DNA of 44,382 nucleotides from Gammaproteobacteria bacterium (GTDB lineage Bacteria; Pseudomonadota; Gammaproteobacteria; JACCXJ01): NCBI GenBank assembly GCA_050740655.1, contig JBOIDW010000127.1, positions 1 to 44,382 of the forward strand, read 5' to 3'. Shown piece by piece: positions 37,846 to 44,382 of this stretch (position 1 is its first letter; each line of letters starts with the position of its first letter). The notes under the pieces were generated by a model. It saw only the letters and a program-made list of their open reading frames with translations, ran no database searches and was not told where the DNA came from. The position numbers and the translations under genes were made by a program.

Positions 37846-38392
37846 GAATTGCCGACAGCCATGGCCGGCATGCATCGCGTGGAGCTGTGCATACCGCTCG
37901 TACCCTCCCCGAACGACAGCGGAACACGCAGGCGTCGCAATCGCCGAACAGGAACCGGCGGCGATGATCCAGGTCTCGGTTGGACGACACCATCTGAATG
38001 ACGGCATCGATCGCGCAAACCGCTTACCGGTCGCGTCATCATGGGAGCGCTCGGACTGCGTTGTGCCGATCAAGCTCGAATCAGTGTCTGGGAATAGCGA
38101 CAATGATTGTTCTGCCCTTATTTGTTCCTATTCTGCCGGACTTACTAACCTTCCAATCGCAGGTCGTTCTCCACCAGCGTCCGGTTCTGGCGACATGATC
38201 AGTTCCGGGGCGGACGAAGAAATTCCTAAATGTTTATCGGGATCGCGCGATAAATTCGGGACCCCGTATGAGACCGCAGTGCCGCGGGATGCGGCCGCGA
38301 CCGAAGTGGTGGCAAGGGCGACGAGCAGTCTATCGGTATGCATCGCTTCTCGCAGGGTTGCGGAATATAAATCACCTAAGGAGACTCGTACC

Positions 38393-38671
38393 ATGTCACG
38401 ACGATCAGGATGGTCCGTCCTCGTCATTCCGTTTTTACTATCTTCCCCCCTTATCGTGGCCGAGCAGGTGACACCGGATCGCGATGCCAAGGCCACCGGT
38501 CAGCGGCCTGAGAAGATCGAGATGCCCGCTGCCGTACCGGCCTATCGCCCGGAGGGCCCCGAAGTGCCCCCTGCGGGTGAGGCGCCCGGGACCAATCAAC
38601 GCGCAAGTAGCGCGCTGCGCGAGCCCGGCCGGTATGTGCCGGGGCCGTTGCCGCGGAAACATCGCCGATAA
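38393..38671 (+). CDS. Small secreted proline-rich protein (hypothetical)
   Basis: A perfect AAGGAG (38378-38383) lies 9 nt before ATG 38393. The signal peptide is [25 protein letters not shown], followed by a Pro/Glu/Ala/Arg-rich, probably disordered 67-aa tail. It sits 61 nt upstream of, and co-directional with, the giant YD-repeat gene. Confidence 0.6.
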   Translation: MSRRSGWSVLVIPFLLSSPLIVAEQVTPDRDAKATGQRPEKIEMPAAVPAYRPEGPEVPPAGEAPGTNQRASSALREPGRYVPGPLPRKHRR

Positions 38672-38732
38672 GCCGCTGCGGGCTCAGCGCCCCGGCCTAC
38701 ACCCTTCGAATCGAGCCCAAGGAGTGGGTGAT

Positions 38733-41700
38733 ATGATAAATCGTACCTGTGTCTGCAATTTTACGGTGTTTATCCTGGTGTTCTGTTGCGCCGCTCGGGG
38801 CGAGGAGATCCGGGACTTTTACGCCGAGCCGGGCCTCAATCCCTTCAAAGAGACGCTGAACCAAGACCTCAATGAGCATATCGATCCCTTCTCGGGAACG
38901 CTGCAGCACAGCCATACCGACCTCGTTGTCCCAGGCAACGGCGGCCTCGACATCAAGGTAACGCGCGTCTACACCAGTCCGCAGAAACACCTCGGTGTCC
39001 GCACGGTGACCGGCGCGAACTGGACCATGCATTTCGGCCGCTTGGTCGCGCCGACCGCACACAAGGATAAGCTCTGCGCGCAAGACACCTACAATGCGCG
39101 CACGGAAGACAATCCCTCCATCGAGTTCCCCGACGGCGGGCGCGAGCTGCTGGTGCTGGATGCCGTCCACGGACAATACCTCGTCACCAAGAGCGGCTGG
39201 CGGGCGACGTGCAATGCCGCGGGCCAAGGCCTGGTCGCGACCTCGCCTTCAGGCGTGAAGTACACGATGGACGCGCTCAATACGCTGAACAACCACTGGA
39301 GCTGGTATACGACGCGCATCGAAGACCGCCATGGGAATACGATCGATGTCGTTTACAAGACGAACTCATGGAATTTCATCTACGTCGATAAGATAACGGC
39401 GAGCGACGGCCGGCTGGTGCAATTTCGATACGAGGTCGAAGATACCGAAAACGTCCGGCTCAAGGAAATCAGCGCGAACGGACAAACCTGGCACTACCGT
39501 TACGAGCACGTCGATACGCCGGAAGGGCTGAATTATTACCATCTGGCCGAGGTCGTACGACCGGATGGCCTGAGCTGGAAGTACAGCTATTACCCTTACG
39601 ATAGCGCAGCGGATGCCGTCGGCAACTATGCCATGCGCTCGGTGACGTACCCGCATGGCGCGAACATCGTTTACAGCTATCAGGAGGTCGACTTCGATCC
39701 CTCGGACGTCGACAACCAATGGGATGAACCGACCACGGTGATGGCGACCAAGAGGGTGGCCGGCCGATTGCCGGGGACGTACGTCGGCGATCCCGACCCG
39801 TCCTTCCCAGGCGGTGAATGGCGCTTCGAGTACGAGCCCGAATCACCGGAGCTGTTTACCACCAAAGACGGCACCTTGGCCTCTGGTCTCGATAAGACCA
39901 CCGTGTACATGCCCGGCGGCAAGCAGGTTTACCTCCACTATGGGTTCTCCTACACGGGCGGCCCGTCCAGCGGCATCTTGTGGATCACCGGCATGCCGTA
40001 TCAGCAAGAGAACTACGATGGCAATTGCGGCGGCGGAACCAGTGTAGGGGGTGCCTGCCGCCTGATAGAGTCGATCTACAACGACTGGGCCCCACGCTTG
40101 ATATCCCAGGAGGACTACTGGCACGGCCGGGCGGCATCGGAGGACGATACCTACGCGGCGCAGCTTATCGGCCGGGTCCACAACCGCGACGATAACGGTC
40201 ACCGGACGGATTACGAAGACTACGATGACCTGGGCAATGCCCGCAGGGTCGTGGAAAAATCCAATCTCGGGGATGCGGACAAGGTGACGCGGCTCAGTTA
40301 CCGCATCGACAAGGCCAAATGGATCGTGCACCAGGTAGAGGACGAGACCGTCCTCGGGCCGGCCGGGGAAATCGTGAGCCACGTCGACCGGACATTCAAC
40401 AGCGATGGCGATCTGACTAGCGAGAACAAGAACGGCGTCTCCACCGCCTATGCGTATACCCCACAGGGCGATCTGGAAACCGTGACCGATGCACGCTCGA
40501 ATACCACCACCTACGCCAACTACAAACGCGGCATTCCCCAGCTTGAACGGCACCCGGAGTCGGTCACCTTCTCCCGCGTCGTCAACGATACCGGGACTGT
40601 CGCGTCTCAGACCAACGGCCGGGGTTACACCCGCAGCTTCAGCTACGATGACCTAAACCGATTGACGGACATTACCTATCCGCTCAATTCACCGGTCGGC
40701 ATCGTCTGGGGTGCGAGCGGCAAGACACTCACCCGCGGCAACTATCAGGAGCGTATCGATCTCGATGGCTTCGGCCGGCCGATCCGCACGACGCGGCAGG
40801 ATACGGTCTCAGGGGTGCAGATCACCCGCACCACGCGCTACGACGTACACAGCAATATAATCTTCGAGTCTTATCCTAATTCCGAGACCGGCGTGAGTTA
40901 TAGCTACGATACGCTCAAGCGGCTTATCGAACTCCAGCACCCGGACGGGGCTCGCCGCACCTATAGTCATGACAGCCCGCAGGTGACGGAGACCGATGAG
41001 CGCGGTAACAGCACCGTATTCCTCTACCGATCCTACGGGGCGCCGGACAAAGACAAGGTGCTCCGGGTGCTCACCTCGCCGGAGAACCTCTCCACCGTCC
41101 TCGCCTACGATCAGCTCAATCATCTGACCAGCGTCTTTCAGGGCGAGAGAGACCCGACCGATGGATCCTTGTCCGGCCTATACCGCAGATTCGGCTATGA
41201 CGCACGCTTCTACCTCACCTCGGTGCAAGATCCAGAGACCGGCGTCACGGCGTACAGCCGCGACGCGCTGGGCAACCTGATCTCCCGCCAGATCGGCGCG
41301 TCCGGGATCACGAACTACACCTACGATGGCCTGAACCGCCAAGTCTATGCCGATTATCCCGGCGCAACCCCGGATGTCTCCACACGTTACGACGCAGATA
41401 ACCATGTGACGCAGATAACCAATGGCAGCAGCGTCATCGATTATCTCTACGACGAGAATGACAACCTCAGGAGTCAGAACCTGAGCATCGGCGCCGTCCT
41501 CTATCCGCTCGCCTTTACCTACGACCAGCATGATTTTCTGAGCGCGATGAGCTATCCCTCGGGCCGGAGCATCGAGTATCGCCCGGATGCCCTCGGCCGG
41601 CCCACTCGGGTGGCGCCTTATGTGAGCACCGTGAGCTATCACCCCGGCGGGCCACTCGCGCAATTCAGCCACGTCAACGGCCAGGTGACCGACGTCGCCT

Positions 41701-44273
41701 TGAACGAGCGGCAATGGGTAGGCGAGATCCGCCACCAGGGGCCGGGCGGTGCGGCCGAGTTGAATTACGGATACGATCCCCTCGGCAACGTGCGCAGCAT
41801 CACCGACGTGCTCAACCCCACCGAGGACCGCGGCTTCGACTACGATGCCCTGAATCGCCTCACCGGTGCCCAGGGCCGCTGGGGCGCGGGCGGCTTCGCC
41901 TATGACTTCTTCGGTAATGTAACCGAGATGGTCTCGGGCGCGAACCGGCACCGATTCACCTATAACGCCCTCAAGCTCCAAAGCGTCATCCACAACGATG
42001 CGACCCGTTCCTGGTACGCCCACGATGTCTACGGCAACGTACGGGCCGACACCGAGCTCGTTGGGCTCGATACGGTCGGGCAACTCCTCAAGCGGCAAGA
42101 ATACCTGTATAACGATGTCGGCCAGTTGCTTCAGGCCACCGAGCAGACGCGCGATGGGAGTGGGGATCACTTCCGCCACCACGACTTCGACTACGACGCT
42201 GCCGGCAACCGCATGCGGCGCACCGACCCTCAAGGCCAGGTGACCGACTTCGTCTATGGCCGCACCGGTCAACTGCTCGGTGAATATACCGGTGCGCGGC
42301 AGTTCGGCAAGGAATATATCTACCTCGGGGCTCAGCAGGTCGCGAGCGCCCAGACCAACCGGCCTCCGGTGGCCGATGCCGGTACCGATCAGCGCGCCGG
42401 TGACGGCGCGACGGCCACGCTCGACGGCTCGGCCTCGCGAGACCCGGACGGGACTATCGCGCGGTACGCCTGGACGCAGATCTCGGGCGCGCCGGTCGCG
42501 CTCTCGGGCGCCAATACCGCTACCCCGAGCTTTACCGCACCACTCGTGGCGGGTAGCCTCGGATTCGAGTTGACGGTCACCGATAGCGACGCTGAGACCG
42601 GTACGGACAGGGTCACGATCACCGTGTATGTCAATCAACCGCCGGCCGCCAATGCGGGGGCCGATCAAAGCGTGCTGGGTGCATCCACCGTTACCCTGGA
42701 CGGATCGGCGTCCAACGATCCAGAGGGTGACCTACTGACGTACCGATGGCGGCAACTGAGCGGCGGTACCGTCACGCTGACCAACGCAACCAACGCGCAG
42801 GTGCAATTCAAAGCGCGCAACGCCGCGGAGACGCTGCAATTTGAACTGACCGTCACCGATCCGCTGGGTAAATCCTCCGTTGACACAGTGGACGTGCTGC
42901 TGACGGTGAATCAACACCCGGTTGCCATCAGCCCTAATGTCAACGCCCGGTATGTCCGTACCGTTACCTTGCACGGTGACGGCTCCTACGATCCGGAGGG
43001 AACGCCGCTGCGTTATTTCTGGTCGCAACTCGTGTTCCCGGGCGATCCAGCCGTCGTCTTGACGAGGCACACGACCGCCGATCCGACGTTCGTGGTGCCG
43101 AAGGTGACCTCTGATTGGACTCTGCGTTTCAAATTCACCGTATGGGACGTTCAGGAGCTGAATCACTCGGTGAACGTTCTGGTTACAATCGGTCCGAACC
43201 ATGCCCCAACGGTCAACGCCGGGGCGGATCTTTGGATTAGCGGCCTGAATACCGGCTATTTATACGGCCAGGGTGCCGATCGCGATCTCGACACTACCCT
43301 AAACCTGGATTGGCGACAGATCGGCGGTTCACCCGTCACGCTGACGCCCCTGCCGAACAGTGATCCCTGGATGCGCTTCTTTATTGCGCCGTTGGCCGCC
43401 GCGGATCAAACGCTGGTGTTCGAGCTGAAGGCGACCGATCCCGAAGGCGCCGCGGGCAAGGATACGCTCGAAGTCTTCATCCGCGCCAATACCGCGCCTA
43501 TCGTCGATCTCGGACCCGATCAAGGAGCTACACCGGGCACGCTCGCTACGCTGAATGCCAACATAACGAGTTACGAGCCCGAGGTCTTGCAATACGCCTG
43601 GCGACAACTCTCCGGCACGCCGGTGACGTTGAGCGGCGCCGATACGCCTCAGCTCGGCTTTACCGCACCCACGACAGCGGGCGAGACCCTCGTGTTCGAA
43701 CTGACCGTGACCGATACGCTGGGACTGACGGGCAGCGATACCGCAAACTTTACCGTCAATGCCGCGCCCAGCGCCCAAGCCGGGCTCGATAGGAGTGTCA
43801 ACGGCGGCGCGGCCGTGACCCTGGATGGCAGCACCTCCCGCGATCCGGAAGGCGGCGCACTGAGTTACGCTTGGCGGCAGATCTCCGGAGTCACCGTTGC
43901 CCTAGCCAATCCGGCGACTGCCACAGCCTCGTATAAAGCGCCGTATGTCGACAGCGCGACGGCCCTGGAGTTCGAACTCGAGGTCACTGATCCGCTCGGC
44001 GCCGCCAGCACCGACTTCGTGCGAATCACCGTCAATCGTAACACCGTGGCCGGTGACAAGATCGCGCCGCGCTCAACGCTAACCCGCCTCAACTACGGCA
44101 AGATCCGCATCACGGTCAACGAGACCTCTAGTATCTATGCACAGATCGTCGGTGTGCGGCCCTGGTGGATTTACAATGCGACCTTCCCCACTACCACCCG
44201 TGAGACTGTCGAGTACTATGCTATTGATCGGGCCGGCAACCGGGAAACACTGCGCCGCTATGTGACCCCCTGA
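38733..44273 (+). CDS. 1846-aa secreted YD/RHS-repeat protein with six C-terminal PKD-like domains and an AGN-x-E beta-sandwich-like tail. No Rhs core or toxin domain detected
   Basis: AAGGAG (38719-38724) lies 8 nt before ATG 38733. The hydrophobic N-terminus is [23 protein letters not shown]. The Rhs N-terminal-type motif is [30 protein letters not shown]. More than 20 YD repeats are present (for example [56 protein letters not shown]) up to ...[13 protein letters not shown] at about 42345. The six-repeat array of about 92 aa per unit is listed separately. The tail is ...[15 protein letters not shown]. Confidence 0.9.
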   Translation: MINRTCVCNFTVFILVFCCAARGEEIRDFYAEPGLNPFKETLNQDLNEHIDPFSGTLQHSHTDLVVPGNGGLDIKVTRVYTSPQKHLGVRTVTGANWTMHFGRLVAPTAHKDKLCAQDTYNARTEDNPSIEFPDGGRELLVLDAVHGQYLVTKSGWRATCNAAGQGLVATSPSGVKYTMDALNTLNNHWSWYTTRIEDRHGNTIDVVYKTNSWNFIYVDKITASDGRLVQFRYEVEDTENVRLKEISANGQTWHYRYEHVDTPEGLNYYHLAEVVRPDGLSWKYSYYPYDSAADAVGNYAMRSVTYPHGANIVYSYQEVDFDPSDVDNQWDEPTTVMATKRVAGRLPGTYVGDPDPSFPGGEWRFEYEPESPELFTTKDGTLASGLDKTTVYMPGGKQVYLHYGFSYTGGPSSGILWITGMPYQQENYDGNCGGGTSVGGACRLIESIYNDWAPRLISQEDYWHGRAASEDDTYAAQLIGRVHNRDDNGHRTDYEDYDDLGNARRVVEKSNLGDADKVTRLSYRIDKAKWIVHQVEDETVLGPAGEIVSHVDRTFNSDGDLTSENKNGVSTAYAYTPQGDLETVTDARSNTTTYANYKRGIPQLERHPESVTFSRVVNDTGTVASQTNGRGYTRSFSYDDLNRLTDITYPLNSPVGIVWGASGKTLTRGNYQERIDLDGFGRPIRTTRQDTVSGVQITRTTRYDVHSNIIFESYPNSETGVSYSYDTLKRLIELQHPDGARRTYSHDSPQVTETDERGNSTVFLYRSYGAPDKDKVLRVLTSPENLSTVLAYDQLNHLTSVFQGERDPTDGSLSGLYRRFGYDARFYLTSVQDPETGVTAYSRDALGNLISRQIGASGITNYTYDGLNRQVYADYPGATPDVSTRYDADNHVTQITNGSSVIDYLYDENDNLRSQNLSIGAVLYPLAFTYDQHDFLSAMSYPSGRSIEYRPDALGRPTRVAPYVSTVSYHPGGPLAQFSHVNGQVTDVALNERQWVGEIRHQGPGGAAELNYGYDPLGNVRSITDVLNPTEDRGFDYDALNRLTGAQGRWGAGGFAYDFFGNVTEMVSGANRHRFTYNALKLQSVIHNDATRSWYAHDVYGNVRADTELVGLDTVGQLLKRQEYLYNDVGQLLQATEQTRDGSGDHFRHHDFDYDAAGNRMRRTDPQGQVTDFVYGRTGQLLGEYTGARQFGKEYIYLGAQQVASAQTNRPPVADAGTDQRAGDGATATLDGSASRDPDGTIARYAWTQISGAPVALSGANTATPSFTAPLVAGSLGFELTVTDSDAETGTDRVTITVYVNQPPAANAGADQSVLGASTVTLDGSASNDPEGDLLTYRWRQLSGGTVTLTNATNAQVQFKARNAAETLQFELTVTDPLGKSSVDTVDVLLTVNQHPVAISPNVNARYVRTVTLHGDGSYDPEGTPLRYFWSQLVFPGDPAVVLTRHTTADPTFVVPKVTSDWTLRFKFTVWDVQELNHSVNVLVTIGPNHAPTVNAGADLWISGLNTGYLYGQGADRDLDTTLNLDWRQIGGSPVTLTPLPNSDPWMRFFIAPLAAADQTLVFELKATDPEGAAGKDTLEVFIRANTAPIVDLGPDQGATPGTLATLNANITSYEPEVLQYAWRQLSGTPVTLSGADTPQLGFTAPTTAGETLVFELTVTDTLGLTGSDTANFTVNAAPSAQAGLDRSVNGGAAVTLDGSTSRDPEGGALSYAWRQISGVTVALANPATATASYKAPYVDSATALEFELEVTDPLGAASTDFVRITVNRNTVAGDKIAPRSTLTRLNYGKIRITVNETSSIYAQIVGVRPWWIYNATFPTTTRETVEYYAIDRAGNRETLRRYVTP
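42357..44042 (+). repeat. Array of six tandem PKD-like (PKD/K319L-type Ig) coding repeats inside the giant gene
   Basis: Unit boundaries are at 42357, 42633, 42909, 43197, 43488 and 43758, ending at 44042 (270-291 nt each). Each unit starts N-x-x-P and carries ...AG.DQ......V.LDGS.S.DP(D/E)G..L.Y.W.Q.SG..V.L......FTAP......L.FEL.VTD..G...D.V.I.V. Units 3 and 4 are the most divergent. Confidence 0.85.
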
Positions 44274-44288
44274 TCCAGAGGTCCAACC

Positions 44289-44382
44289 ATGAAACGGCTA
44301 TTGCTATTCCTTCTGACGCTCTGCGCCCTCCACGCCCAGGCCGTGGAGCGCGTCATCCACTACCACAACGACGCCCTCGGCT
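44289..44382 (+). CDS. Secreted protein beginning with an Rhs-core-type motif (3' end outside the window)
   Basis: agagg (44276-44280) lies 8 nt before ATG 44289, and the ATG is 15 nt after the giant gene's stop. The visible product is MKRLLLFLLTLCALHAQA/VERVIHYHNDALG. That is a signal peptide with an AxA site followed immediately by the Y-Y-H-x-D-x-L-G(S) signature that opens the RHS repeat-associated core domain. Only 31 codons are visible. Confidence 0.65.
   Translation, partial: MKRLLLFLLTLCALHAQAVERVIHYHNDALG

Noticed and set aside
37850-38040. Possible second gene relic on the minus strand (AIDAVIQMVSSNRDLDHRRRFLFGD..., faintly PIN/VapC C-terminus-like)
   Set aside because: The resemblance rests on a handful of residues, and there are no catalytic acidic motifs or continuous frame. 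I cannot support it without a database search.
37799-38392. Upstream extension that makes the small secreted-protein ORF 290 aa. The 38484-38732 extension likewise makes the giant ORF 1929 aa.
   Set aside because: The extensions have no SD or start context, cross the AT-rich spacer, and in the second case overlap the small ORF in another frame. Both shorter versions start at an ATG 8-9 nt after a perfect AAGGAG and begin with signal-like peptides.
41178-42668. 496-aa minus-strand ORF inside the giant YD-repeat gene. Similar cases occur at 39843-40553 and 43329-43778.
   Set aside because: They are antisense to a frame with clear periodic YD and PKD motifs, and their translations lack any recognisable motif.
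1-44382. Scan for CRISPR arrays, rRNA, IS elements and transposases, retron or DGR reverse transcriptases, and toxin-antitoxin pairs
   Set aside because: No regularly spaced direct repeats, rRNA-like sequence, transposase or RT motifs (DDE, YxDD), or small paired ORFs were seen on either strand. This is by eye only, and a covariance-model or HMM scan would be needed to exclude small ncRNAs.

Overview
High-GC, gammaproteobacterium-like chromosomal window. I found no rRNA, CRISPR array, IS element or transposase. Nt 1-15,100 hold mixed membrane and metabolic genes: a DUF4126-like fragment, a polytopic membrane protein, an OmpR-type two-component system, a co-directional fadD / M14 carboxypeptidase / acyltransferase-3 cluster, a TVP38 protein, a penicillin-acylase-family Ntn hydrolase, and a tight minus-strand operon of DUF815 ATPase, hpt, MTAP-family phosphorylase and a thioredoxin-fold protein. 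Nt 15,190-37,318 are core housekeeping with E. coli-like synteny. They run initiator tRNA-rimP-nusA-infB-rbfA-truB-rpsO-pnp straight into rpsP-rimM-trmD-rplS, then ogt and xerD, then an orphan minimal Ser/Thr kinase wedged before dsbC. Next come an SBP56/methanethiol-oxidase gene with a fused SCO1-MauG maturation gene, then rne, divergent rluC, and an S49 SppA-type peptidase. Nt 37,319-44,382 look accessory. They hold a decayed mutM (Fpg) C-terminal relic and an AT-richer non-coding spacer, followed by a co-directional secreted-protein locus. That locus has a 92-aa proline-rich signal-peptide protein and a 1846-aa YD/RHS-repeat protein. The large protein ends in six PKD-like repeats plus an AGN-x-E beta-sandwich-like tail, where an Rhs core and toxin would normally sit. 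The next ORF is cut by the window edge and starts with a signal peptide followed directly by an Rhs-core-type motif (IHYHNDALG). This apparently split Rhs arrangement is my best candidate for an undescribed system. All family calls come from motif recognition by eye, because no searches could be run.
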